Source of the DNA: Lama guanicoe
Taxonomy: Eukaryota
Length of the DNA: 64,000 bases
Direction of reading: 5' to 3'
Assembly (NCBI GenBank): GCA_013239625.1
Contig: MU053557.1
Span: forward strand, 193,063 to 257,062
Of the stretch, positions 37,090-49,620 are shown piece after piece (the first letter of the stretch is position 1; each line of letters starts with the position of its first letter). The position numbers were made by a program, and so were the translations under genes. The notes below the pieces were generated by a model. That model did not search any database, was not told the DNA's origin, and saw only the letters and a list, made by a program, of their open reading frames with translations.

Positions 37090-40000
37090 CACTTCGGGCA
37101 TGGGGCGGGAACGCAGTCTCCAGTGAAGTGGTGAATGGTTGGCAAAGTTCAGCTGCACAGAAGTGGCTTCTGATGTTCTGAAGTTCCCGTAAGGGAGAAG
37201 CCTCAAACTTGCTCTTTCTTAGTCAAATCTAAGACTCTGGGGATTAGCCACGTAGCAGATCTCAGGCGAATGTGTGAAACTTCTGAGCTGAGCCTTTTGG
37301 TTCTGCCCATGTGGTGCCCCAGTGACAATCCAAAAAGTGGAAAGTTCTGTCAATTTCACTGGTTGCTTTGACTACAAAACGGGCCTGTCCCTCCCCTAGA
37401 CGGCTCACTGACAGCATCAGTCAGACCAGTTAGACTTGCTGTCACGAAGACAACAAGCCCACTTATTAGACAGAAATGCTTCCTTTTCTACCAGTCGCCG
37501 TCCCTTCTTGCACAGACAGAACCGAAAACATGCATGGCGCCCCCCTGCTGTTCACTTAAGTCATCAGCTTCTTTGTTCAATCTTTGAAGCTGCTTTTTGG
37601 CAGGAGTGTGGAGGAGGCCCAAGGACTTCCTAGCCTAAGAGCTGAAGTCAGTTCAGCTTGCAGGGAGCCCTGGCGGACGGGGGGAAGACCGGCTTTGGAT
37701 CCTGACAGACCTAGATCTGCGCCCTGTCTGTCCTCCTGGGCACTGTGACTGTAGGAAAGTTCCTCCACCTCTCTGGGCCTTACTTGACTTATCTGCAAAT
37801 GAGGAGCATATTCTGCAATTCAACTGCTGTAAGGATTAAACATGCCTTGCATGGAGTCTGCCCTGTCGTCCCTGTGTTACTATACGCATACTGAAGAGAA
37901 ACACCAGGGTTTGCTTTTGAAGGAGAATCATTCTGAAATTGCCATCTGGTCCATAAGCTTTCCTTCTGGTTTGCCTTTTTCAATTCAGCAAAGGTCTCTT
38001 TTCTGGCTTGAGCAATATCTTGAATTTCAGGTTCAAGGCAGTTTGGTTTTCGGGTGGGGTTGGGTCAGCACAGTTTGGGGTGTCCTAGTGGGCTTCTGCT
38101 CCCAGCAACTTGCCCATGTCTTCAAAATATCTGGTAAATACTGAAAGCAAATTTCACTGAGCTGGTAATTCCAGGGGAAACAGGACTTCAGACTGTTTAC
38201 CGAGAAGACACCCAGGCAGGCACTATTTGGTCTGATTTTTACCACCGGGGACAATTTTACTTTTTCGGTCCTCCCAATTCTCCTGCCACCGCGGCAGGAG
38301 TCCTTTTGGGGTTAGGGCTCAGGCAGTTCTGTGGGCCGCAGTGAGACCCACCCACTTCTCATCTTCAGAAGGACAGAATAACAGGGGTGGGTACAAAAAG
38401 TGTATTCGGCTTCCTGTGTCTGGAAGCAGACCAACCTGAAGCACAGGAACACTGGACAGTGTTAAAAACCTAGCTGGGAGCGCTACCTTCATATACGCAG
38501 AGGGGAGACATGGACGCTTTATGAACATGGCTGAATTCCCACTGAACTGAGCTCCCCACCAATTACCACTTGGCCACATGGTTGGGGTGACCAGCAAGAC
38601 AGACCAGGTGCTTCCCGGGAAGTAATCTCACAGAGCTGTTGGTGGGGCTGCAGAATGGACACGGGAACAAAGGAAGGTCGCCCAGCTGGTCCACTGCAGA
38701 GCCTGGATTTTCATCTATGCTGTTGGCCGCTGAGTCCAAGCTTGGAACTGCTGGGGTAATGAAAGGTCCTACGGACCCCATCACAGTGGACCAGCCAGTG
38801 ACTTTGAGGAAGTGGTTGAACATCTCTGCAGCCTCAGTTTACTTATCCATGAGAATGGGAGCAAGAAGAGGCTCTCCCTCGGAAAGCAGTTGCGTGGATG
38901 CAGCGATTTAACACATCTAGAGTCTGCTGCACGGTGTCGGCACATCCTACAGGCCCGCACGCTGTTATCTGTCAGTGTTGTGATTACTGTTATTTCTGAA
39001 TCCTAGACCCCTACAGCAGCTCCATCAAACAGGCCTTATGGCCATTTCATAATGAGGAAACTGAGGCTCAGAGCTTTTAAGTGACTTAGGAGAGTGAGCC
39101 AGCAAGGGGCAGAGCCGACTTGCACGTACCAGTGCTACAGGTACCCAGCCCCTGGTGAAGGTGGGAAGCTGGGCATTAGCGGGTGGCAAGGGATGTGCCA
39201 TGGAAACACAAAGCGCTGAAATAACACACAAAGCCTTGCTTTTGTTTTAGCCTAGGGTGGCTCAGGCTCCTGACTGGTGCTCTGGCCTCTCTCCCAGGTC
39301 GCCACGCTACAGCCCCTGATGGCATCCTTTCTCCTGACCCCATTCCCAATAGAGGCCTGTGAAGAACCAGACTGCCCCCCTCTTCACAGGGGGGAGGGTG
39401 ATGTGGCAGCCAGGGCGGAACCTGCGGAGGGGGCCACGTTTGACGGTGTGGAACTTGGGGTCTCTCTGCCTGATGATCAGCAGAGGTGGGCTCAGGCCCT
39501 TCTAGACTGTTCAGCTGTGGCAGAAAACTAATTCCGGAGCCCCCCACGTGACAGGAAGCTGCCTCTCTGAACAGGTCTGTGCTCAGTGTGCAGCTGTGTG
39601 GATGCTCAGGGCATGGGGAAAGCAGAAGCCTCTGTCAGGCAGTCAAGCAAAAAAAAAATGAAAAGGTCAAGAAAAGTCCCCTGCAGAAGATTTTAGGACT
39701 GTGGGGTGTTTTATACAGAGTGATGACACATGCTGTCCTCTGGGCTGGGCTTAGAGAGTGACAGAACTTTCTAGGTTAAAAAAATTTTTGTTTGTTTAGC
39801 AACATCTGTTAGTCATGCAACAATATTTACTATGTGCCAAATTGATGCTGGGCACTTGCTGGGTGCGAGGGAGAGCAGGGAACATGACGGCCCCCCATCT
39901 CTGCCCTCAGCGGGCTCATGCTCTAGAAGGGAGACAGGCATTAAACACGTGCTTAGAAGAATCATTATATGAACTGTAACAGGGATAAGCATAATGAGGG

Positions 40001-43000
40001 AAAAGGCACAGAATGGAGGAATCTGATCTAATGGGATGGTGGACAGTCAGAGAAAGCGATATTTAATCTGAGGCTTGAAGTTTCCAGGGAAGTAGGCCAG
40101 GCAGAGCTGGGTGGGCCAGATTCATCATTCATTCATTTATTCCACAGTTATTTGTTGAATACCTCCCATTACCAGGCACTATTCTAGACGATTAGGAAAC
40201 ACGAGTGAGCGAATCAGACCAAAACTGCTATGCTTATAGAGTTAAACTCCCAGTCATTCTGATTATTGCCATGTAACCAGCACTCAGTTGTACTGCAATG
40301 TATCAAACTCAAAACTGTGTGTGTCAGGAAAGGCTCTGCTGGCTGGTTCATCACCACAGAGCATGATCAGGGCTTCCTCACACACGTGACTGGATCCTGT
40401 CTGAGATGGAGGGTGACTAATCTCCAAGGGCCTCTGACTCTGAGTTCAAAGCCAGGTGCAGATTACTCATGCATTTGGGACTCTGAATATTTGTATTTGT
40501 CTAATTCACTTTGGCAACAGCAAGCCAATGAGTGTGAATTGGGCACCCCTGAGATATGCCTGTAGATCAGGAGTCAGCAAATGGGTCTGTAGACCAAACA
40601 TAGCCCTCTGCTTGTTCTTATAAAGTTTTATTGAAACACAGGTACGCTCATCGGTTTTGTTTTTGTCTTGCCTATGGCTGCTTTCACACTACCGTAGTTG
40701 AAAAGGGATCAGTGTCCGCCACAGAGACTGTCCTGCCCACAAAACCTAAAATATTCATTGTCTGCTTTTTATAGAAAAAGTTTGCTGACCTTTGCTATAT
40801 AGTTTCCGTGACTTAAATATCCATGATGCGCCAGTTACTGGACAAGGGCTTTATATGCATCAAGTCATTTGATTCCCACGGCAGTCCTTTGAGAAAGGTA
40901 TTACACCCATTTTACAGATAGAAACATAGAAGTCTGAGGGGGTTAAATAACGTCTCCAAGATCATAATAAGTTGTGGAACTGAGATTTGAATTCAAGTTG
41001 ACATTAAGGACCTGGCTGTTTTAGACTTCGATGATGGATTTTCAAGATGCCAGCCATGTAAAGTCCCACTCTCAGTAAGCGGCAAGTGCTGTCCAGGAGG
41101 GATAAAGTAGCCCCTTTAATTAAGGCCAGGATGAGGTGTTCATACTTTAATGGGAAGCATGGGAGACAAGAGCTTACAGCAGGGAGGGAGGGAGAAGGAC
41201 AGGTCGGTCCTGATACTCAAGGACTTCCCAGGACTCCAGCCCCTTGGCTCATGGTCTGGGATCCAGATCTGTCACCTGGGGAACTCCTGTGGGGCCCTCC
41301 ATACTGGTATTGCTTCCAGAGGTTAGGGACTAGCGGCCAAGTTAGGGAGGTAACAGCAGGAACGCAAAGATGGGGGTGGATGAGAGGAACTCAAGGAGAG
41401 TGGTGGTAGCCAGGACAGTGACTTCCCCAAGACGTCCGCAGCCTGACGTCTGGAGCTTGTGAATATGTTAGGTTAGGTGGCAAAGGGGAACTCAGGCTGC
41501 AGATGGAATTAAAGCTGCCAATCAGCTAGCGTCACGAGAGAGAGGTAAAATCTTGGATTATCTAGGTGGGCCTGATGTAATCACAATAGTCCTTCAGAAT
41601 GAAGGAAGGGGACAGAAGGAGTCAGAGGGAGAGTTGAAGATGCTACACAGCTGGCTTTGAAGATGGAGGAAGGAGCTCTAGAAGCTGGAAAAACCAAGGT
41701 AACAGATTCTCCCCTAGAGCATCCGTGCAGCTCTGCCGACAACTTGCCTTAGCCCAGTGAGACCCGTTTCCAACTTCTGACCTCCAGAACTGTAAGACAA
41801 TGAATCTGTGCTGTTTTCTGCTACTTAATTTGCCGTCATTCGTCATAACAGCAATAGAGAACCAGTACAGGGAACAACCCACTGCATCAGCTTGCTGCAA
41901 ACCCAGGTATGTCATCGAGGGAGGTGGACACGGAATTCCTGATTAAATTAGAAGAGATGCCCTTTGTGGCAAAAACCCCATTAGTTAAACAAAAACATGG
42001 AAAGTAGCCTAAAGTGATCGTGCTGGGTGCATTGGTGCCTCTTACTGCTCACAACGGTAGCAGTGTCATCTGCTGAGACTGAGCACTTACTGTGTGCAAG
42101 GCTCTGGGCTCACATTTCTATTCTTTGTAGCAACTCCATGACCTAGGCTTTGGTCTCCATTTTTCCATATAAAGGGAGAGACTCAGAGAGCTTAAATGAC
42201 CTACACAAGGTCATACATACAGAAAGGGGTTTTGAATTCAAGTTTCATTCCATCATGCAACATTGTTGGGGCAAATCTACCCTGAGCTTTCTTTACCCTT
42301 TCAAATATTTGGGGGAGAGGAAAGAGAGAAGGTTATACACCCCACGGGAGAGAGATGTTATCCATCCTGGCTATTACTTAACCCCTCTGCCTAGAACAAT
42401 ATCTAGTGCTTAGCAGGCCCTCCATATATGCATTTTCTTTTCCCCAATGATGAGTGAAAAAATGGATGGATGGAGGGAAAACTCTAGTGTAGGAAAATGG
42501 AAACCTAAGTTAGAATCGAAGAGCCGTAGAGCTGGAAGTGACCTCAGAAATGGTTTAATCCGCTTCTTTGCTTTTACAGATGGGCAAACTAGTCACAGTG
42601 AGTAGAAGGGGTGATCTCTGAGGGAGTCAAAAAAACGCTCTGCTGAGGAGGGGTGGTTTTGGATGCACACACATTTAAGAAGAGTGGGTTATTGGATTAT
42701 AAGTGGAACTTCACATGTAACTGATTCCGTTCCAGATATTCTAAACTGACCCTGAGAAGATACAGGCTAACGTGGGTCATTCTACTATCTCACTCTCAGG
42801 ACTAGTCATTGCCTCCAGGCAGTGGGAGAAGAGGGGATGCCCAGGCAGACATCAGAGCAGACAAGAGAACACAGGGGCTGACTTTCAGAGCTGATTCTCT
42901 TCCTCAGCCCTTGGTGAAGTCCTAGGTGCTCCCTGACCTTGGCAAAGAGCAGAATTTTCACCAGAGTTCAACAGTCTTGCACTTGTCAGAGCATGCAAAT

Positions 43001-45080
43001 CTGAGAGGAACGAGGTTCCAGAAGCAGGCAGGCCAAGGGAGTAGGTGCGAAGAGTTTTTGCAAAAGGAGAAAGAGAACGGAGCAGGGATGTCTTTTCCAT
43101 ACAGGGAAGCTGAGACACCTGGCACACCTGAGACTGGTAAGAATGTGCCTAATAAACGTGGCTCAGCGCTTGGTGAATGCAGAACCGTGTGAGTTCCAGA
43201 CAGCCTTGTGGGTTTCACATCGGGTCAGTCCTTTAAAGGTTGGAGGTAACAAGAGCAGAGGGAGGACTGGGCTATAAAATGATTGTGTAACTTCACCTGT
43301 TGTGTTAGGCAACATGCGAAGGTCAGTGTTTCAACTGGGTGAATGAAAAGATCAAAGTTTTCTCTTTGTTCATTGTAAGGAAAATGTACACGACAATTCA
43401 AAGGCCTGCTGTATAGACTGTGGATTTAGGGTGGTATTAAGAGGCTCTTAATTTGGAGAACTTCTTTGCAAAAGAGAAAGGATTGGATATGATAATATAA
43501 TCAGACACAGACACATCTGATTCATCTTCAAAGGGAGACAGCACAGGAGTGGCTAAGAACTTGAAGTCAAAATGGACCACTCTAATTGCCATAGATATTG
43601 GCAGAGTCACATCTCAAGCTGCTTCATCTTCAAAAAGAAAAAAAATAATAGAAACCTTTCATAGGATTGTTTTGAGGATTAACACAGGCAATGCAGGTGG
43701 TGCATAATACATACTCAGCAAACACATGTAATTTGTATCCACTTTCCAGCGCCCTGGTGATGTTTTCCATCACCAAATATTTTAGTGAAGCTGTGGTGTG
43801 TACATGAATTTCTGCCTCTCTGATTGGTCTTTTAAAATGTTGGATACAATGTGTCTAGAGGAAGAGATGAAATAACACTCATCCTCTAGTTTTGCAACCA
43901 AATGAGTCCCGGAGTAGAAAAGGACAAATGAGCCTGTGTGTGGAATGCAGACCCAGCTACTTAGGCTGGAGGAAGGGATCTCTAGTCAGCTCCCCTAGAC
44001 GCACAGCCAGCAATCTGTGCTCCGGACGGGTGCCCTCTCTGCCTTACTACGTTGTAAATACGGGGCCATTTTCCTGTGGTCTTCCTGCAACTCGAGCCTC
44101 TAAATTACAGAGACAAATGCATATACCTTCCACACAGACATCACCCGGGACCAGCCCAAGATCTCCGCTCCCATGGAATCCAGGCAGATGGGGTTAGTTC
44201 CTTGACCAAACACCAGTGTGTGCTTTGTTTACAAGAATCAGGTGAGCAAAACCAGGAGCGGTGCTCCAGGCGGGCGGGCTGAGCTGACCCCAGGGAAAAA
44301 AATCTGGAAACTTAGGCTCCCTGGCAGTACCGGACCTGGTGTGCTAACTGATGTGTTTGCTGATTAAATTCTGAACCCAAACCTGTTTGGGGCTTGCGTC
44401 AGTTTTGCGTCTTTGATCCTTGATTTTGCAGTGCTTCGGTTCTCAATTTATTGTTTTGTTTTGTTTTGTTTTGTTTTCAGTAAACTGCATAAATGACTCA
44501 TCAGCAGGAAATGTGGACAAATAGTCAACGTAACTGAAAATACAAGTAAACCTATTTCTTTTGTGGGGAGGATTTGCTTAAAGGGGAAAGAACCTTGGGA
44601 AGACAGACTGTAGTTCCCAGGGCAAAACTCTGCTTTGTGTGGGATCCTGGCCCCTTTCTCTGAGACAGAGATGGCGGGGGCCCAGCTGGGAAGGGGGCAT
44701 CTATCCATGTGGGGAGCTTGGGATGACTGGTTTAGAACTGGCAGTCGCTTCATCAGGAACGTAAGTGATTCTTGAAGCGCAATCTGACAGCTGTGTGTGT
44801 GGGCACACACGCGTGTGTTTTCTGTAATACTAAAGAATGATCTTTCTGGCCACTCATATGACTAATGCAATGACCGATTATAGACGGAGGTCTAGTCCTA
44901 TGACTCACTGAGCAGACGATGACGCTGCGCACTACCAAACATACCGTGAAAGAACTGAAACAGGGTTAGCAGCTAGGTAGGACACTTACCACGTGGGCAC
45001 AGTCTTTGGGGACATAAAGTCTGTTCCTTGATTGCAATGCCTGCGTGCCCTTTGATTCCGAAATCTTCCTAATTCCCATG
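37090..45080 (-). CDS. Candidate exon chain of an unidentified minus-strand gene: first exon ending at 44990, then 38647-38567, 38435-38352 and 37152(or 37217)-37090
   Basis: Donors GTG|GTAAGT, GTG|GTAATT, TGG|GTGGGT, GTG|GTATGT; acceptors CCTTTGTTCCCGTGTCCATTCTGCAG, GTGTTCCTGTGCTTCAG, CCACTTCTGTGCAG. Exon lengths 81/84/63 are multiples of 3 and open. Two reading frames are possible and neither is recognised. Confidence 0.22.
40568..40794. mobile_element. MER58A-like hAT DNA transposon
   Basis: TIRs CAGGAGTCAGCAAA ... TTTGCTGACCTTTG; internal ATAAAGTTTTATTGAAACACAG and CTATGGCTGCTTTCACACTAC. Confidence 0.85.
41401..41869 (+). mobile_element. MLT1D-like MaLR solo LTR
   Basis: TGTGAATATGTTAGGTTAGGTGGCAAAGGGGAACT, TGGATTATCTAGGTGGGCCTGATGTAATCACAA, GCTGGCTTTGAAGATGGAGGAAGG, CTTCTGACCTCCAGAACTGTAAGA; ends CAGCAATAGAGAACCAGTACA. 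Confidence 0.9.
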
Positions 45081-45460
45081 GAAACAACTTTGTGAGCACG
45101 GCAGTCACAGAGAGCGGTTATGAGAACTTGCCTTTGCCTCGTAACTGAGATGAGAGCGAGGCAAAGCGGCGGTGCTGATGAGAGCGTTGCGTCAGCAGGG
45201 CCTCTCCAAAGTTCACGTGTGGACTGAATCCAAGTTGCAAAGTTCAGGAGGTCCCCAGAGCTCGCTGGAGAGCCTTTCTGTGAAGACTCATGAGAGGTGG
45301 GAATATTTCTCTTCCTTTGTTCGGGCCAGGTGACCAACTCCCTCCGCTTTCCCACCTGACCTCCTTGTGAGTCCCCGCGGTGGGCACTTCCCCATCTTCC
45401 CATCGGTGACAGGCCTGAGAGCCTGCTGGGACACCACACTGGCAGGAAGGGTCGCACTCC
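44800..45460. promoter_or_regulatory. CpG-enriched patch with X-box-like and CRE-like motifs (possible promoter)
   Basis: ATTCCCATGGAAAC at 45072-45085, TTGCGTCA (TGACG half-site) at 45187-45194, elevated CpG, strong minus-strand donor at 44989. Confidence 0.4.
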
Positions 45461-45619
45461 CAGGAAGTTTCTCTCCATTATGACTGTCTATTGAATACAG
45501 AAAACAGGAACCTCCAACTAATCTTCTGATTCTAGGTATCTGGCAAAAGCAAAATAAAACTGAAGGCAATATATTGTCTTGCCACAATGCAACTGAAATA
45601 ATACGGGTCGGTATGACTA

Positions 45620-46730
45620 TGGATCATACGTTAAGTCTGTTTTTAGTCTTTTGAGGAATCTCCGTACTGTTTTCCATAGTGGCTGCACCAAATTACATTC
45701 CCACCAGCAGTGTAGGAGGGCTCCCTTTCCTCGACACCCTCTCCAGCATTTATCATTTGTGGACATTTGAATGATGGCCATTCTGACTGGTGTGAGGTGA
45801 TACCTCATTGTAGATTTGATTTGCATTTCTCTGATAGTTAGCGACATTGAGCATTTTTTTCATGTGCTTACTGGCCATGTGTATGTCTTCACTGAAGAAT
45901 TGCTTGTTTAGGTCTTCTGCCTATTTGTAGAATGGGTTGTTTGTATTTTTATTATTAAGTTATATGAGCTGTTTATCTATTCTGGAAATTAAGCCCTTGT
46001 TGGCTTCATCTTTTGCAAATATTTTCTCCCATTCTGTAGGTTGCCTTTTTGTTTTGCTTATGGTTTCCTTTGCTGTGCAAAAGCTTATAAGTTTAATTAG
46101 GTCCTATTTGTTTATTTTTGCTTCTATTTCTATTGCCTGGGTAGACTGCCCTAGGAGAACATTGCTAAGATTTATGTCAGAGAATATTTTGTCTATGTTT
46201 TCTTCTAAGAGGTATATAGTGTCTTGTCTTATGTTTAAGTCTTTAAGTCATTTTGAGTTAATTTTGGTGTATGGTGTGAGGGAGTGTGCTAGCTTCATTG
46301 ATTTACATGTTGCTGTCCAATTTTCCCAACACCATTTGCTGAAGAGACTGTCTTTACTCCATTGTGTGTTCTTGCCTCCTTTGCCAAAGATTAATTGACC
46401 AAAAGTCTGTGGGTTTATTTCTGGGCTCTCTATTCTGTTCCACTGATCCATATGGCTGTTTTTATGCCAACAGTATGCTGTTTTGATGACTGTAGCTCTG
46501 TAGTGTTGTCTGAAGTCTGGGAGGGTTATTCCTCCAGCTTCATTCTTTTTCTTCAGTGTTGCTTTGGCAATTCTGGGTCTTTTGTGATTCCATATAAATT
46601 TTAGGATAATTTGTTCTAGCTCTGTGAAAAATGTCCTGGGCAATTTGATAGGGATGGCATTAAATCTGTAGATTGCTTTGGGTAGTATGGCCATTTTAAC
46701 AATATTAATTCTTCCAATCCAGGAACATGG
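45620..46730 (-). mobile_element. Relatively young L1 ORF2 internal fragment lacking 3' UTR and poly(A)
   Basis: [56 protein letters not shown]...PYTKINSK* and [22 protein letters not shown]...LVQPLWKTV...YDP; homology stops abruptly at YDP. Confidence 0.95.
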
Positions 46731-46882
46731 CCCTTTCTTTAATATCATAAAAATAAAAATTTGGAAGAAGGAAGAAAGCTTCTCATGTACCCTGAGTAAG
46801 GATGAATTTGCCCTTTGAAATAACAAATGTCACAGGATGTGTACACATTTTCATTAAATTAAAAGTGGCATGATCACTGCAG

Positions 46883-47090
46883 GGGTTAAGACCTCAGAGA
46901 TTGGAACCGGGCGCCCTGGGCTGTCATTTGCCATCTGCAAGACAGTGGGCATGTTATAAATGCACTGTGCCTCAGATTCCCTGTTGATAAAATGGGGACA
47001 AAAACAGAACTGATCTTAATAAGGATGGCTCTGAGAATTAAACAAGTTAATATGTGCATAATTTCTGAAGTGGTGCCTGGCAATAATTAA
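46883..47090 (+). mobile_element. MIR SINE followed by (TATATC)n at 47097-47134
   Basis: CTGTGCCTCAGATTCCCTGTTGATAAAATGGGGA...TGAGAATTAAACAAGTTAATATGTG...GTGCCTGGCA. Confidence 0.8.
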
Positions 47091-49099
47091 CCATTATATA
47101 TCTATATCTATATCTATATCTATATCTATATATCACCTCCTATTCTATTCCTAAGGTGCTACTATTTTATGGTATCACTTCTATTTCCCTACCATTTTTG
47201 TCAAGCTAGTTTATCATAATTGAACATTATTTTTATTATTTTAGTATATGTTGTTCTCTGGCCTCTTACACCTTGTTCAATCATTTGCTCATTCATTCAA
47301 GCCTTTCAACAAATTTTTTTTTGCAAGCTTATCATGAGCCAAGAACATAAGAACATTTGAATTCCTTTTTTTGAGTACATTTAAAAAAGGATGGCTGGCC
47401 TCGCTTAACTGATATTTTTTGCCTTTTTTTTTTCCTGTAATTATAGAGATACTCAGTAGTGTATCTCACTGGCAGGTATCCTCAGGGAATCTCACCAACA
47501 TTTTTGCCAGATTCTATTTCCTAGGAAGTTTTTCTTTTCTTCTCAGTTCTCTGAAAATATATATGTTGGTGCCTACATATTTAAAAAGGAATTGATTCTG
47601 TCCTTGTTTCATTTCTTTTCTTTCTTCTAATAAAACTTTTCTGAGTATATGCTAAGTGCCCTCCACTTGCCCACGCCACACGGCAGGTACAAATGCCCCA
47701 AGCATCCTCTTTGTAGAGCTCCGAGTCTACCGGGGAGATTGATGTTCAACAGAAAGCACACAAATATATTGGTAATCCCAAATTATTCTAAGTGCTATAA
47801 AGGAAAAAAATTTAACATACGATGAGAGGGTATTAACAGATGACTAGATTTAGAATGGGAGGGTCAAGGAAGGGTCACTGAGGAAGTGACATCCGAGGTG
47901 AAGAAGGGGTGATGGGCTTCGGGGCACAGGGAAGAACTGTGTGGGGAGCCTGGGGCAGAGGAGCCCATCCAGCCCCTGCAGAGCCTGGAAGGAAGCCCTG
48001 GCGGAGAGAGGCAACGGAACAGGTGAGGAGGTGTGGCTGGCGGGGCAGGCTGGTTCGGGGTTCTCTGCTTTATGGTCACACGCAAGGACTGCCTCTAAAG
48101 GGCTGCAAGCAGTGGAGTTCCGTAGGCAGGTTCACTTTTTGGAAGGATCCTCTCGTGCTCTGTGAATGAAATGGGCTAGAGGACCACTGGAGGTCATAGC
48201 GGCTTTGGGGAGGTCCTGAGCCTGAGCTCACCGTCGCTTGACTGGATCAGCGAAGAACATCCAAAGTCCTGTTGATGAGAACATCTGATATTCCTAACCA
48301 CTGAGCCCACTGTAACTGTAGGAGACAGTGGCCAAATCCAGTGGTCTCCACCATGGGGTGACATGCTCTAGAAAGTGTAGGAGACAGTCCAGTGCAGGGT
48401 GGCAGGGAAATATTAGGTCTTCTAATTCTAAAAATAGTAAATAAATTAAAAACTTTAAAAATCTCATTCTTTCAAAATTATCCATTTCTTTGTACATTTT
48501 ATAATGTACAAAATACACACACATAAATATATACATATGTATGTGCACACACATATGTGTGATTTATGAGCAAACACATGTGCATATATGGGGTGGTGCT
48601 AAAAAGCTTTCTGCTGACTGGGGGGCTGTTGCTTCCATGCTGCCAGTCTGTTCTCTGTGTCAAGGGTTACTCTGACTCAACCCTGAGTTACTATTATAGG
48701 ATTTTTAATTGAGATTTAAAGAAAACATAGGCCACAATATAGACAAATAAATTCAAACAAGTGAAAACGACAACAAATGTAACTAAACGTCTGCTCATCT
48801 CACAAGGCTCAGCCTTTCCAAAGCCTAGGACAGGGCCTGACACACAGTAGGTTTTTCATATATATTTGCTGAATGGCTACATGGATGAAGGGAGAACTAA
48901 TTTAATGAATAAAAGTAAAATCAATTCTGTGACCTAAAATTTACCTATGAATGATCTTAAACTGCTTCAGTGCCCTAATAAATAGAACTGCTAACCTCTC
49001 ACTTGACTGCAGGCAAACGTTTCAGACACATACTGTTTTTCTGTGTGACTCCCTGGTTCCTTTGTGGGGCTCAGTCTTCTAACCAGCACCTTATCCCAT

Positions 49100-49620
49100 C
49101 CAGGCTTTGAGAGTTTCTGGGCGCCGGCTGGGTCCCCTGCCTGGCAGATGCTCAGCAGCGTGCACTTCTTCATCGCATTCCCTCCCAGCCTCCCTGGCTC
49201 GCCTTCCTCAGGGCCACGCCCATTAAACTCCTGGTTCCGGCAGGAGAAGCGTAAGTGAAATGTGAACCCCATCTTCAACGGATCGTCTTTTCTCCAGCCA
49301 GCCTGGGTATTGATTCAGGTTCTCTCCCTCAAAGTGAGGGTCGATGACATGTGACGAGGTAAACAAACAGCGCGGGTTCTGGCGATGTTCTGAGGAGCCA
49401 CTAAGAATTCCCTGGGGTGAGCGGGGAATCCCAGGCAGAGGTCTGCCTTGGCTCCCGGCGGCCACCGCTGCGGCTGAACAACCCTGAGCAAAGACTGCAA
49501 ATCACACAGATGGCCGTGGGGGCCGGCAGGCAGTGCGAACGCAGGGTGGGCTTCCAGGGCCGTGGAGGACAGGGGACTTATGCAGTGTCCAGAGGGAACA
49601 GCTGCTCCTCGATTCCAGCC
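49100..49620. promoter_or_regulatory. Weak CpG-enriched patch
   Basis: Clustered CpGs (GGCGCCGG, CAGCGCGGG, CCCGGCGGCCACCGCTGCGG), GC-box-like CCACGCCC, plus-strand donor AGC|GTAAGT at 49251. Confidence 0.4.

Noticed and set aside
46248..46826. 192-aa ORF as a functional protein
   Set aside because: L1 ORF2 fragment with a premature stop and no promoter, ORF1, endonuclease or RT core.
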